Source: a virus
Taxonomy: Duplodnaviria; Caudoviricetes
DNA: 38,174 bases
Strand: one strand, 5' to 3'
Virus record (IMG/VR): IMGVR_UViG_3300027690_000008
Span: 1-38,174 of that record
Shown here: positions 15,293-25,264 of the stretch, in pieces
How the letters are laid out: every line of letters starts with the position of its first letter
How positions within the stretch are numbered: the first letter of the stretch is position 1
The notes under the pieces: model-generated
Databases searched by the model: none
What the model was told of the DNA's origin: nothing
The model's input: the letters and a program-made list of their open reading frames with translations, nothing else
Made by a program: the position numbers and the translations under genes

Positions 15293-16006
15293 CTAATCCT
15301 TGGTTGCGATGATCACATCCACATATTGGACGGACATGTTCAAGGTGTGCTGATGAGCCGTTCCGGTAAAGGAGTGATTATGCGATCCACCGCCACCGAC
15401 CGATTGCGACGGTCCCAATGTCGGCGTCGCGCCCGAGCCCGCCAGGGTATAATTTTGCTCGCCACCGTAGATGTTGCCGGCGCGGGAAACATGATTCGAG
15501 GTGGTTAAACCCGATGCGGAGGAAGCATCTGCGACCGTATCGTGCGGGTGCGACGGCATTTGGGTGGTGGTTAGGGTCGTGTTGCCGACAGAGCCACTCG
15601 CAGCCACGCTGGACGATGCTCTGCTGGCAGCCATCGCCGTGCTAAATGCCAATGACCCACCTGATCCGGCGGTGCCGTTGACTACCCGAAGGGCTTTGTC
15701 GTTATGGGTTGTCACCTTGGTCCAGCCAACAGGCGCCGCGGATTGAACGAAAAGCATCACCGTACCGGCCGGGACGACCGGGGCCGCGATCAGGGCCGTG
15801 ATGGCCCCCGAGTTTTCGTCGCACTGAGCCTCTACCCATTTGAGCCAGCGGTCGATCAGGCGCCAGGACCAGTTGAAGTATTGAAACGGAGGTTTTTCGT
15901 CCTTGATCCACCCTTGCAGCCTCTTTGCGCTGGAGGGTTCGATAAATTTGTTCGCATCATCGTCAGTGATCCAATCCAGATGTCCGCCGGTCGGTTTGAT
16001 CGCCAC
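15293..16006 (-). CDS. Short tail fibre / collar-domain protein
   Basis: GW..EKPP.QYFNW baseplate-anchor N-terminus; PAGTVMLF...APVGW collar; TLTTTQMPSHPH and HNH/HQH motifs. Confidence 0.85.
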   Translation of the reverse strand: MAIKPTGGHLDWITDDDANKFIEPSSAKRLQGWIKDEKPPFQYFNWSWRLIDRWLKWVEAQCDENSGAITALIAAPVVPAGTVMLFVQSAAPVGWTKVTTHNDKALRVVNGTAGSGGSLAFSTAMAASRASSSVAASGSVGNTTLTTTQMPSHPHDTVADASSASGLTTSNHVSRAGNIYGGEQNYTLAGSGATPTLGPSQSVGGGGSHNHSFTGTAHQHTLNMSVQYVDVIIATKD

Positions 16007-16016
16007 GAGACCCCTC

Positions 16017-16718
16017 CTAATTCGTCAGCTGGATGTAGGCGAATTCTCCGCCTGCCCCGGCATCGTTGTAATCCCCGAATCCACCGATAGTGGGATCCTC
16101 TCCATCGAACCCGAAGGCGTTGGTGGAAGAGTAAATGATCGCCAGAAAGTCCACCCGGACTCCGGCCGCCACCACCTTTTGCATCAAAACGCGCACAAAC
16201 GCTGCGATGGCGCCGTCGATGGGCGTGTCCGAATACAGATCCACCTGGGCCGGGTAGACTTCCACCACCTGCACCTGGTTGGCCTGGGCCAGCAGGCGCC
16301 AGACGCCGATCACGTCCTCGATCGTGCCGTGGCTCACATTGGCGCCGATCTTGGCCTTGAGCAGCAGTTTGTAGATCCGGTCGGAATGGCCCATGCGCGA
16401 CTGGCCCACAATGGTGCCGATCAGATCCAGCTGGGCGCCCTGGCCGGCATCGATATCCAGCAGGCCGTAGAGCTGGTGGGCATGGTTTTCCAGGTCCTGC
16501 ATCTGCTGGCCGAAAAGCGCATCCATGAGCGCTTTGAGTCGGATGGCCGGCCTGTACTGGTGCAGCAGGCGCGCCGCCCCGTCGGTCGTATGATCGAGCA
16601 GGGCCACCCGTGCCTGGGGGCTGGTCCATTGAAGATCTCCGCCACCGAGTTCATCCCAAATCGGGTTGCCCGCTTCGTCCAAAAAAGCCAGGCCGGATTC
16701 GTCGTAAATCGTGCCCAT
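16017..16718 (-). CDS. Baseplate wedge protein (DUF2612-like)
   Basis: GAQLDLIGTIVG motif; follows baseplate J. Confidence 0.8.
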   Translation of the reverse strand: MGTIYDESGLAFLDEAGNPIWDELGGGDLQWTSPQARVALLDHTTDGAARLLHQYRPAIRLKALMDALFGQQMQDLENHAHQLYGLLDIDAGQGAQLDLIGTIVGQSRMGHSDRIYKLLLKAKIGANVSHGTIEDVIGVWRLLAQANQVQVVEVYPAQVDLYSDTPIDGAIAAFVRVLMQKVVAAGVRVDFLAIIYSSTNAFGFDGEDPTIGGFGDYNDAGAGGEFAYIQLTN

Positions 16719-16728
16719 CTAAACGCCT

Positions 16729-17943
16729 CTACACATGTGCGATGGTGATGTTGGCCACGTCCCAGGCCGACATCTCCACATCGCCGCTGCTGCCGTCATC
16801 GATATCCACGTTGGCATCCCCTGTCGGACCGGGCGCCGCGCCGATGCGCACCACCACATCGGTAATGCCCGCCACGGCCGCAAGCTGGGCCATGAGCGCA
16901 GGGTAAACCACCACATCGGCCCCCGGCCCCAGGGTGTTGCCCCAGGCCGCCATGGCCGACTTGATATAACTGTCGCCGTCGGCCGGGTAGTCGGCCGTCA
17001 CGGTCAGATCCAACTCCAGGTAGATATCTACCGGCGTCGGCCGGGTAAAATAACAGTTGCGGGTGAATCCCTGGCTGTCGGTCACCTCCACCAGCACGTC
17101 GCCGTAAGGTTGGATGCCGGCCGGTTTTGCCTTGAGCATGATGGTGTCGGCGATCTCCTGGTCGCGCGCCGTGCTGCCGCCGGCCTGGTAGACCACCACC
17201 TCGAACGATTTTCCCGGCAGCCCCCTGGCATCGGTGGTGAGGCCATAATTTTCAAAGACGATGACATGCTCGATGGCCACTTGGTCGACATCTTCGTTCA
17301 AGGCCAGGATCGCGCTGCGGATCGCCTCGGTCGGACCGGCCTGGGAATATTGCAGCGTGGTGCTCCTGCGGATGCGCAGTTCTGCGTCGGTTTCGATATT
17401 GCGACCCACGATGGCCGCCGTCGGGTTGGATACGGCCGTCAGCCCCGAGACCGGCGTTTCGATCTGGGTGAGCGTTTCCGCCCCGGCCGCCACGGGGCCG
17501 GTCTGGGCCGCTATGCAGTCGACCGACACCGTGCCGCCCGCCTCGATCGTGGCCGCGGCCTCGGTCTTGAACCTGGCCGCAGGATTGCCTTCCACGTAAA
17601 AGGTCGTGCCGGCCGGCACCACGGTGCCCGCCGTGCCGCTGAGCACAACTGCCTCGATGCGGCTGTAGCGCGCTGGCAGACGCTTGTGGGCCGTAAAACT
17701 CACTGCCCGGTCCAGGCTCACGTCCGCTGCGGTATTGGGATTGAGCGCATGGTAGAGATCTGCGAAAAGCTCCCACAGCAGGGCCTCGCGCTCGGAGAAA
17801 ATCCCCTTGAGCTGACCGAACACCGACTGGGGCGCCGTGTTGATCTGCGCCCCGTAGGCGGCGCGCAGGGCCGTATCGATTTCCGCCTCGATATCGGGCA
17901 AGGTTTTGATGATCAGCCCCTGGGCCGTCAGACCATAGGTCAT
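16729..17943 (-). CDS. Baseplate J/gp47 family protein
   Basis: MTYGLT.QG, GTVVPAGT, GRNIETDAELR, KPAGI motifs. Confidence 0.9.
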   Translation of the reverse strand: MTYGLTAQGLIIKTLPDIEAEIDTALRAAYGAQINTAPQSVFGQLKGIFSEREALLWELFADLYHALNPNTAADVSLDRAVSFTAHKRLPARYSRIEAVVLSGTAGTVVPAGTTFYVEGNPAARFKTEAAATIEAGGTVSVDCIAAQTGPVAAGAETLTQIETPVSGLTAVSNPTAAIVGRNIETDAELRIRRSTTLQYSQAGPTEAIRSAILALNEDVDQVAIEHVIVFENYGLTTDARGLPGKSFEVVVYQAGGSTARDQEIADTIMLKAKPAGIQPYGDVLVEVTDSQGFTRNCYFTRPTPVDIYLELDLTVTADYPADGDSYIKSAMAAWGNTLGPGADVVVYPALMAQLAAVAGITDVVVRIGAAPGPTGDANVDIDDGSSGDVEMSAWDVANITIAHV

Positions 17944-18296
17944 GGCAACACCTCGTCCACCGTCACGGTCGAGCCGTCCTCGACCGCCGCTGTAAAAGTA
18001 AGGCGCAGGCTGCGCACCCCCGGATCGATCTGCAGGTCAAAGGAGATCAACTCCACAATGCCCGGCGTCTCGATGATCTCCGATTTGAACACCGCCGCCA
18101 CCGCCAGCGGGTTGGGGTTTTTGATCAAAACGGCCTGGATGTAGGGAACACCCTTTCGCCGGTCGAGAAACCACTCGAGCAGAAAGGTCTTCAGGCGCTG
18201 GATCAGATGCTGCCGGATGGCGTCCACGCCGGTCACCAGCCGCAGGTCCGTATCGCTCAGAGCCAGGTCCCAATTGTCGTCGAGCAGCAGATCCAT
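17940..18296 (-). CDS. Baseplate wedge / sheath initiator
   Basis: QRLKTFLLEWFLD...GVPY motif; directly upstream of J. Confidence 0.8.
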   Translation of the reverse strand: MDLLLDDNWDLALSDTDLRLVTGVDAIRQHLIQRLKTFLLEWFLDRRKGVPYIQAVLIKNPNPLAVAAVFKSEIIETPGIVELISFDLQIDPGVRSLRLTFTAAVEDGSTVTVDEVLP

Positions 18297-18297
18297 G

Positions 18298-18522
18298 CTA
18301 TTCCAGGTCTCCTTTGCCGCTTAGCGGGCCGCTCTGGCTGTCTAAAAAAGTTCCCGGCAGCGCATGCCCGTTGGTCGTGATGTGGTTGACGATCGCCGTG
18401 CAGATCACCTGCCACATGTGTTCCACCATGTCCTGCTCTGCGCTGTTGAGCCGGTCGCCGTACACCTGGGCCAGGACCGCCGCGGCCACTTCGCTTCCCA
18501 TCTGGTTGCCGTTCATCGCCAT
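18298..18522 (-). CDS. Small phage protein (possible spike-associated)
   Basis: 74-aa ORF tightly packed between the spike and wedge genes. Confidence 0.65.
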   Translation of the reverse strand: MAMNGNQMGSEVAAAVLAQVYGDRLNSAEQDMVEHMWQVICTAIVNHITTNGHALPGTFLDSQSGPLSGKGDLE

Positions 18523-18525
18523 CGG

Positions 18526-19182
18526 TTAAACCCTCTTGATCGTGGCCAGGCGCGCCTTGTCTTCCTGGAAGTACGCTATGGTGTCCGAGATAAAGGGAGA
18601 TGCGCCGATGGAGGTGATCACCCGCGCAGAAATCAGATGATCCAGGATGCTGTCCACGATGGTCAAAAACTCCTCGGTGGCCCCCGAAATCGAGATCTTG
18701 CCGTCCGGGGACATCTCCACCCGCATCTGCCCGTTTTGCAGCACCGCATTGGCCGCGCTGGTCTGGCCAAGGGGCGCACCGAACGGCCGTACTCCGGGGA
18801 TGAAGATCGCGTCGCTCAGGTGGTGGTGGCGGGGATCGGCCGGCGATACGATCTGCCCCGCGCCCGACAGCCAGCCGTCCAGGGAGCGCTCGCAAAACAC
18901 GATCATGCCCAGGTCGCCGGAGGCGGCCGGCAGGTGCAGGTAGGCCGCGCCGGATGCGGCCGACGGCCACTGCACCGGCACATCGGTGATCACGGGAAGC
19001 TCGGTGTCCTCGGCCTCGCTTTTGTAACGCCGCTTTAAAAGGGGTTTTACATCGGCCTTTTGCCTGGCGTGGTCGTACTTTTCGATGCGGCCCGGCAGGC
19101 ATACATGGACATCATGGAGCCTGGCCGTAATGGCATCGCGCAATATCTGGGCAAGGGTTTTATCTTCCTTGCGCGTCTTCAT
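18526..19182 (-). CDS. Baseplate spike (Gp138-like)
   Basis: HVCLPGRIEKYD...DVPVQWP...GD..IVFCERS.D.W...RHHHLSDAIFIPG. Confidence 0.85.
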   Translation of the reverse strand: MKTRKEDKTLAQILRDAITARLHDVHVCLPGRIEKYDHARQKADVKPLLKRRYKSEAEDTELPVITDVPVQWPSAASGAAYLHLPAASGDLGMIVFCERSLDGWLSGAGQIVSPADPRHHHLSDAIFIPGVRPFGAPLGQTSAANAVLQNGQMRVEMSPDGKISISGATEEFLTIVDSILDHLISARVITSIGASPFISDTIAYFQEDKARLATIKRV

Positions 19183-20006
19183 AAGGCCACCGCCTGTCCC
19201 GTCGCGTACCAGGCCTGCCCGTGGGTGTCGCCGGCAAAGGCCACGGCGCGCAGCTTGTAATCGCCGGTCACCGCCCGGCTTTCGATGCGCACCAGGCGCC
19301 CCGGCACGAGCTCGGTCTGGATCAGGCTTTTAAACTCCACCCCCATGCCGCCGTCCACCTCGCGCCGGATGGGCGAGCCCACCAGGCCGGTCTCCGGGGT
19401 GAGCAGCACGGCCCTGCGGCCGGCATCCACGCCGCGTTCGAGCATATAAAGGGCATTGCTTTCGATGTACCACTCCAGGCCCTGGCGGGCGGCCAGGTCA
19501 TCGAGCACGTCCTTGCTGCTGCCCGACACCGCGATGCCGGTCTGGGCGCGCTCGCTTTTGACCCCCAGCAGGCTGCCGACCACGATCTTTCCCTGGTCCA
19601 CGAAGCTTTGCACCACATCGTCGATCACGTCCTTGTAGTCCACGCCTGGCGCATAGCTTTTGTCGATATGCACCGAGCGTAGCGCCGCGGCCCCGTCCCC
19701 GCACTCCACCGTGGTCACCCAGTCCGGCCCCTGCCGGGAGACGTAGGCCCGCGAGATATCTCCCAGGAAAAGCTGCTCGATGTGCGCGCCATAGCCCACC
19801 TCGAGGCGCACGAAGGCGTTTTCTTCCTCGGCCAGGGCGCGGCCCTTTTCGCCCAGGTTGTAAACCGAGATCTTGGCCGTGTTGGCGTGCGACTCGCTGT
19901 TTTTCTCCACCTGGAAGACCACGCGCAGGCCGTCCCAGCGCACCGCCTCGCCGCTTTGCTTGCCGCCGATGGTCACCGCCGCGTATCGGGAGAAAAGCTG
20001 ATCCAT
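19179..20006 (-). CDS. Baseplate hub protein
   Basis: NTAKISVYNL...LEVGY...LF.GDI...ECGDG...ETGLVGSP. Confidence 0.85.
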   Translation of the reverse strand: MDQLFSRYAAVTIGGKQSGEAVRWDGLRVVFQVEKNSESHANTAKISVYNLGEKGRALAEEENAFVRLEVGYGAHIEQLFLGDISRAYVSRQGPDWVTTVECGDGAAALRSVHIDKSYAPGVDYKDVIDDVVQSFVDQGKIVVGSLLGVKSERAQTGIAVSGSSKDVLDDLAARQGLEWYIESNALYMLERGVDAGRRAVLLTPETGLVGSPIRREVDGGMGVEFKSLIQTELVPGRLVRIESRAVTGDYKLRAVAFAGDTHGQAWYATGQAVAL

Positions 20007-20323
20007 CAGGCCGCCTCCTCGTAGACCAGGACGGCATCGGTGCCCAGATCGTCCCGGCCCGGTTCTCCGTGCTCGGAGACGAAATTGACGATGAAAAGGC
20101 GCCCCGGCGGCAGCCGGTCATCCACGTACTGGTCCAGCAGATCGATGCCCGTGCGCAGCGCAAGGCCGCATAAAAGGGCCTGCTCGGCCGAATCGAAAAG
20201 ATCGAGCGTCCAGACGCCCGAGCGGGAGTTGTAGCGGATCCGCATGCGGTAGACCGATCCGTCGAGCTGCACCGAAAAGCTCTGATAGGCCGTTGCAGCC
20301 ACCGGTATGGAAAGGTGTGCCAT
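20006..20323 (-). CDS. Baseplate plug-like protein
   Basis: QSFSVQLDG...YN.R...WTLDL; gene order. Confidence 0.75.
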   Translation of the reverse strand: MAHLSIPVAATAYQSFSVQLDGSVYRMRIRYNSRSGVWTLDLFDSAEQALLCGLALRTGIDLLDQYVDDRLPPGRLFIVNFVSEHGEPGRDDLGTDAVLVYEEAA

Positions 20324-21039
20324 CAGTCGATCACTCCCATCCCGGTGAGCAGTTTATGCGCCCAGCTTTGCGCCCGGCCCGCCTTGGCCCCCTCGAGCAC
20401 GGCCGGTTGCTTTCGCCCGCCCCGCTGTTCGGCCGCCCCCAGATCCTTGACCGAGTCAACCTTGGCCTCGCGCGGTACGTCCACAGTCTGGCCGCTGACG
20501 ATGCGGATCTGGCGGAAATCGGCCTTGAACACCAGGGCACCGGCCGTGTGCGCATTGCGGGTGTCCGAAAAATGCTCCATCACCATGTTGGTGTAGGTGG
20601 CCAGGCCCGCCACGATGGTCAGCGGGATGTTGTTGGCGTAAATGTCCTCGAAGATGTCCAGGGCCGCCCGGCTGGCCTTGGCGGAATTGGAAAGCGCCAG
20701 GTTGGCCATGATCACCGACCCGGCCGTGGCCAGCGATCCGGCCGCCCCGCCGATGCGGCCACCGATAAAACCGGCCGTGTTGCCGATGAGCGCGCCGGCC
20801 AGGGTGATGGGCGTGTCGGAGACGATCCCTTCCATCCGGTAGCCGCGGCCTCGCCGGATCACGTGATCGGAGATCTGCGAGCCGTCCTCGATCTCGTGCA
20901 GCGTGGCCTGGGACTCCAGGTCCACCTGCTCGGCCACGGTGCAGTCCACGATCAGCAAGGTGCGGTCCACGCCGTTGCGGCTCGTCATGAGCGCCACCCG
21001 GCGTGGCTGCGCGTTTAGAAATATCTGCTGGTAAGCCAT
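20323..21039 (-). CDS. Dit-like tail/baseplate protein
   Basis: T.HEIEDGSQISDH...GIVSDTP...TYTNMV; follows the tape measure gene. Confidence 0.8.
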   Translation of the reverse strand: MAYQQIFLNAQPRRVALMTSRNGVDRTLLIVDCTVAEQVDLESQATLHEIEDGSQISDHVIRRGRGYRMEGIVSDTPITLAGALIGNTAGFIGGRIGGAAGSLATAGSVIMANLALSNSAKASRAALDIFEDIYANNIPLTIVAGLATYTNMVMEHFSDTRNAHTAGALVFKADFRQIRIVSGQTVDVPREAKVDSVKDLGAAEQRGGRKQPAVLEGAKAGRAQSWAHKLLTGMGVID

Positions 21040-22677
21040 CTACCACAACCCCACGGGTTCGGTGGCCTCGCCGGCCTCGCGCAGCATGCGCGCCACGCCG
21101 TCGGCCACCCCCTGCTGCACGGCCCGGCTGACCGCCTCGGGCGGCGTGCCCTCGGGCACGTTGACCGTCACAGGCGCGTTGATGCGGATGGAATTGCGGC
21201 CATGCCCCGACGCCCCCGCGGTCGCCGGTGCGGCCGCAGGCGTCATGCCCAGAAAACCGAAGGCGCGCTCGATGGCGCCCCCCAGGGCCTGGGTGCCGGA
21301 TTCCAGAACGCCGCCTACGGCCTTGGTGCCGGCCTCGAGCTTGCCCCCCAGCCACTTGGTAATGGCCTCGATCATGTCGAATACGGGCCGGATCTTTTCC
21401 GCGAGCCAGTTGAAAACAGCGGCGATCCCGTCTTTCCAGTGGTCCAGCCAGTTGGACAGGCTTGTGAACTGCTTTTTGATCCAATCGATAGCGTCGCCGA
21501 GGGTGAATTTGAATATCCGTTGGAGCCGTGGGCTGTCGGCCAGCAGTTTGTCGGCAATGATGCCATAAATCGAATCACCGCCCTTCACAAAGGTGTACAA
21601 ATCCTGAATGGCTAAAATCAGACCGACGATCAGGCCGCCGACGAGAAGCGGTATGGCAAAAATCTGCGCCTGGGCGATAAGGGCCGCACTCCCCAGCAAC
21701 CTGAATCCGGTCGCCACCTTGCCAATGCCGATGGCCAGATTGCCCAATGCCGAAAGCACATAAGCGCCCGCAAACAGCCCGATGGCCCAGGCGGCCGCCC
21801 TTGCCGTGCGCTCGATGCCGCCGAACATCTCCACCACATCGGCCAGAACCGAGGCCACGGTGCGGGCCGCGTTGTACAGCCAGCGCAGGAGCGTGATCAT
21901 GCCGCGCAGCAGCTTTTCGATGCCGCTGCGGATGATCTCCCGGTTGTAGACAAACCACTGGCGGAACTGCACCATCAGGTCGCTTAAAATGGGCAGCAGG
22001 CGGGCGCCGACCTCGTTGCGCAGGCCGGTGATGATCAGCCGGGTGCGGGTCAGGTTGTCGTTGAACGCTTCGGCATTGCGCGCGGCCTCTTCGCCGATCA
22101 CAAAGCCCAGCTCGCGCGCCTCGGCCCGCATGCCAAGCAGGGCGGCCTTTCCGTCGCGCAGCATGTTGACCATCGCCACGCCCTCGGTGTCGAAAAGCTT
22201 GAAGGCCAGGGCCACGCGCCGGCCGGGATCCTCGATCCCGGCCATGCCGTCCGCGATGTCGGCCAGAAGATCGGCGCTGTTTCTCAGCCGGCCGCGGCCG
22301 TCGGTTACCTGCACGCCCAGCTCGCGCAAGGCATCCTTTGCTTCTCCGGTGCCTCGGGCCGCCTCGGCCGCTCGACGGGTCAACCGCTGCAGGCCGGTAT
22401 CGAAGCTGTTCTGGGCCACGCCGGCCAGCTCGGCCGCATAGCGAAGCTCCTGCAGCGCCTCGACCTGCACGCCCAGCTTGTCCGCCGTCTTGGCCGCGCT
22501 GTCGCCCGCATCAGCCACAGACGTTGCCATTTTGTAAAGGATGCCCGCCGAGGCCACCGCCGCCGCCCCCAGGGCCACGATCAACCCCTTGGTCTTTTGC
22601 AGCCCCCGGTCCAGATCGGTCAGCGCGGAGTCATCCACGTCGAAGCCGATGCTGACAAAAAGGTCTCTTAACTTCAT
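21040..22677 (-). CDS. Tape measure protein
   Basis: Ala-rich helical protein, LRDLFVSIGF start, LQELRYAA motif, hydrophobic segments. Confidence 0.9.
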   Translation of the reverse strand: MKLRDLFVSIGFDVDDSALTDLDRGLQKTKGLIVALGAAAVASAGILYKMATSVADAGDSAAKTADKLGVQVEALQELRYAAELAGVAQNSFDTGLQRLTRRAAEAARGTGEAKDALRELGVQVTDGRGRLRNSADLLADIADGMAGIEDPGRRVALAFKLFDTEGVAMVNMLRDGKAALLGMRAEARELGFVIGEEAARNAEAFNDNLTRTRLIITGLRNEVGARLLPILSDLMVQFRQWFVYNREIIRSGIEKLLRGMITLLRWLYNAARTVASVLADVVEMFGGIERTARAAAWAIGLFAGAYVLSALGNLAIGIGKVATGFRLLGSAALIAQAQIFAIPLLVGGLIVGLILAIQDLYTFVKGGDSIYGIIADKLLADSPRLQRIFKFTLGDAIDWIKKQFTSLSNWLDHWKDGIAAVFNWLAEKIRPVFDMIEAITKWLGGKLEAGTKAVGGVLESGTQALGGAIERAFGFLGMTPAAAPATAGASGHGRNSIRINAPVTVNVPEGTPPEAVSRAVQQGVADGVARMLREAGEATEPVGLW

Positions 22678-22901
22678 GGGCGCCCTTTGGGTTTGGTGAC
22701 CGCTGCGGCGGCCTCCTGATCGATATCCAACGCCTCGTGGGCGTCGGCCAGATCATCGATGGACCAGTGGGTTTCGATCTCGTGCAGCGTGGTGATGCGC
22801 GCGATCACCGGCCGCCACAGGTACCAGTTTATGTTGGTTTGGCCGGGGTCATACCCGCCCTGGCCAGCACGGCGCCGAGGTCGGGCAGTCCGGCTAAAAA
22901 A
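22674..22901 (-). CDS. -1 frameshift extension of the tail chaperone (GT-like)
   Basis: Slippery T-TTT-TTA at 22901-22895 leads into ...NWYLWRPV...TLHEIETHWSIDDLADAHEALD; stop overlaps the tape measure start. Confidence 0.7.
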   Translation of the reverse strand, partial: FFSRTARPRRRAGQGGYDPGQTNINWYLWRPVIARITTLHEIETHWSIDDLADAHEALDIDQEAAAAVTKPKGRP

Positions 22902-23260
22902 TCGCCATACTCCACACGGATGGCCTGGCCCAGCACCTTGAACAGATGGGGCAGGCGGCCGGCAAAGTGGGCGTCGAACTGCCGGGAAATCTCGCCGCGG
23001 CCGGCGCAGATAACCTGGGAGAGCAGTTCGTCCACGATGGCCTCCACCTCGTTTTCGTCGAGCCGGTCGCACAGGGCGGTGACCACCACCGAAAGGTCGA
23101 TGTCCGCATCCAGGGCGGGTTTTCCGCCCTTGAACGACGCCCCCAGGGGGCCACCCACGATGCGCATGATGCGGGTCAACAGCTTTAAACTGCGCTTGGG
23201 CGGCAGCTGGCAAAAGGTGTACTGCTCGCCGTCGATCGTAAGTTCCACCGGGGTTCGCAT
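22829..23260 (-). CDS. Tail assembly chaperone
   Basis: Between tube and tape measure genes; FDAHFAG...EYGDFL motif. Confidence 0.8.
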   Translation of the reverse strand: MRTPVELTIDGEQYTFCQLPPKRSLKLLTRIMRIVGGPLGASFKGGKPALDADIDLSVVVTALCDRLDENEVEAIVDELLSQVICAGRGEISRQFDAHFAGRLPHLFKVLGQAIRVEYGDFLAGLPDLGAVLARAGMTPAKPT

Positions 23261-23661
23261 CAGTTACCTCCCACCGTCATCTCAACGATGCTGCCCTTGA
23301 TGGCCCATTCACGCTCGCCGGATTCTTTGGCGTACTCGCTGTCGGCCGGCTTGACCACCGTGCCCTCGGGCATCACGTGCAGCGAGCGGCCAGAAGCGTC
23401 TTTTACGATGCATGACAGCAATCCGCCCGAGACCGCAAAGGCGGACAAAATACCGTTGTCCTGGCTGGTCTGGGGCAGCACCACGGTGATCGTGCCCAGC
23501 CGGTTGGCGTTTCGCGTGCGCGTCACCTCGCCGGTGGTGCCGGCGGCAAACGTCCAGTCGTCTTCTTCCTTGGCCACCGCGATCCGGTTCCAGCTTTTGA
23601 TGATGCTGCCGCCGACGATCAGGCTCACCTGGGTGGGATCATAGGTTCTCACTTCGTTCAT
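23260..23661 (-). CDS. Tail tube protein (DUF3277-like)
   Basis: TYDP..V...G.ITV.L.QTS..N..L...REW; follows the sheath gene. Confidence 0.85.
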   Translation of the reverse strand: MNEVRTYDPTQVSLIVGGSIIKSWNRIAVAKEEDDWTFAAGTTGEVTRTRNANRLGTITVVLPQTSQDNGILSAFAVSGGLLSCIVKDASGRSLHVMPEGTVVKPADSEYAKESGEREWAIKGSIVEMTVGGN

Positions 23662-23698
23662 CTCGCACTCCTTGTCTGGAGATCGTTAACCGTTGCGC

Positions 23699-24739
23699 CT
23701 ACAGGGTCAGCTTGCCGGCGATGGCCACCTTATGCACCGCGCCGGCCAGCTGGGCCGTAAAGCGCATGTCGTTTAAAAAGCGCTGGCTTTTTTCCAGCGG
23801 ATCCACGGCGGCGATGGCCGGCGGCGTGATCACGATGCTGCCTTCGACCAGAAGCCCGGCGTCCACGCCTTTTTCCAGCCGGTAGCGCAGCTCGTTTTCG
23901 ATCACCGCGATGCCCTGGGCGGTAAACGGGATCTTATCGGCATTGATCAGCCGCAAGAAGATGCCCTCGGCGATGCGCGCCTGCAGCCAGTCCGTGCCCC
24001 GGATGATGTCGATGAACTCGCACGAGGCCATGACCGCCTCGCCCGAAATCATGTTGTAGCCGGCCACCTGCTCGTAGAAATTCGCGTTTTTGGCCCGCAG
24101 GTTGATCACCTCGGTGGGCGTCAGATCGTCCACCGTGATGCCGGCCAGCTGTTTGAACTTCCAGGTAATGCTGCCCGGATCATGGGGCAGGCATCGGCCC
24201 AGCCAGGCCGCTTCCGGGTAACTTTCCGCATCGCCGCTGTACAGGACTCCCGTGCGGTCGTAAGCCGCGTCCTGAAGCGTGGAGGCGATGTCGGTCGTGG
24301 ACGTGGTCAGCATGTCGGCCTGGTCGATGCAGGCGATAAAGATCTTGTTGCGCGCCTCGATCCAGGCGGCCGCGGCGGCGATATCGGCCAGGTTATCGGC
24401 CTCCAGGGCCTGGCGGCATAAAACGAGCGCGTACCAGTCGCCATAGGCCGCCTGCATGGCCGAAAGCTCGTCGCCCAGGGCCTCGAGCAGATCGCGCCGG
24501 CCGATGACAACCTGCTGAGGGCTTACCTCCTGGGAAAACAGGGCCGCGGCCGCCTTCCACTGCTCGGTGGTGGTTTCAAAATCCACCTCCACGGCCTCGA
24601 TGTTGTTGTAAACCCGGTAACGGTCGGTAAACTCGGTCAGCGCCCCGAAGATCAGGGCCGTGCCGAATCCGGCCTGGGTGATCTTGGCCGTCTCGCGGGT
24701 GATGGTGACCTGGATGATATCGTTGATTTGGGTGCCCAT
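23699..24739 (-). CDS. Tail sheath protein (DUF3383-like)
   Basis: GFGT.LI, PGSITWKFKQLAG, FIDIIRG.DWL, KIPFT..G, LAGAVH. Confidence 0.9.
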   Translation of the reverse strand: MGTQINDIIQVTITRETAKITQAGFGTALIFGALTEFTDRYRVYNNIEAVEVDFETTTEQWKAAAALFSQEVSPQQVVIGRRDLLEALGDELSAMQAAYGDWYALVLCRQALEADNLADIAAAAAWIEARNKIFIACIDQADMLTTSTTDIASTLQDAAYDRTGVLYSGDAESYPEAAWLGRCLPHDPGSITWKFKQLAGITVDDLTPTEVINLRAKNANFYEQVAGYNMISGEAVMASCEFIDIIRGTDWLQARIAEGIFLRLINADKIPFTAQGIAVIENELRYRLEKGVDAGLLVEGSIVITPPAIAAVDPLEKSQRFLNDMRFTAQLAGAVHKVAIAGKLTL

Positions 24740-24742
24740 GCG

Positions 24743-25264
24743 TTACTCCTCTTCGATGGCGATGGTTTTATCCACGGACAATGAGTCGATCTCTCCGGCC
24801 ACGCGCACGCTTCGGATCTCGCCGGGCGAATCGTCCACCGGCTCGGGCCAGGAGATGATGATGTCCAGGCTGGCGCGGATTTCATGGTCGGTATCCTGCA
24901 AGGTGGTGATGTCGCGCAGGCCCTGGGCCGAATGGGCCGCAATCCCGGCCGCCTGCAACACGGCCTGCCGGCTCGGCAGATCGATGGCATTGGCGATGGC
25001 CGCCGCGCGCACCAGGGCGTCTGGCGCCACCACCTGCACGTTGAGCGTGGCCCACTTGCGCAGGTGATAGCTGTAGGTGTCCTCGCTCTTGTAGCGTTCC
25101 TCGGGAGTGCCCAGGGCAAACGGCCCGGAGATGATGTCCAGCACGACAAACGGCGGCGCCGGCCGGTGGCCGTCCTGGTTGGCCCATATGGGCGTTACCG
25201 CTGGCAGGATCGCCGATATCCAGGCCACCAGGGCGTCTTCTATGACAATGGGCAGTCGCTGCAT
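24743..25264 (-). CDS. Tail terminator / neck protein
   Basis: IWANQ...RP..PF motif; directly upstream of the sheath gene. Confidence 0.75.
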   Translation of the reverse strand: MQRLPIVIEDALVAWISAILPAVTPIWANQDGHRPAPPFVVLDIISGPFALGTPEERYKSEDTYSYHLRKWATLNVQVVAPDALVRAAAIANAIDLPSRQAVLQAAGIAAHSAQGLRDITTLQDTDHEIRASLDIIISWPEPVDDSPGEIRSVRVAGEIDSLSVDKTIAIEEE

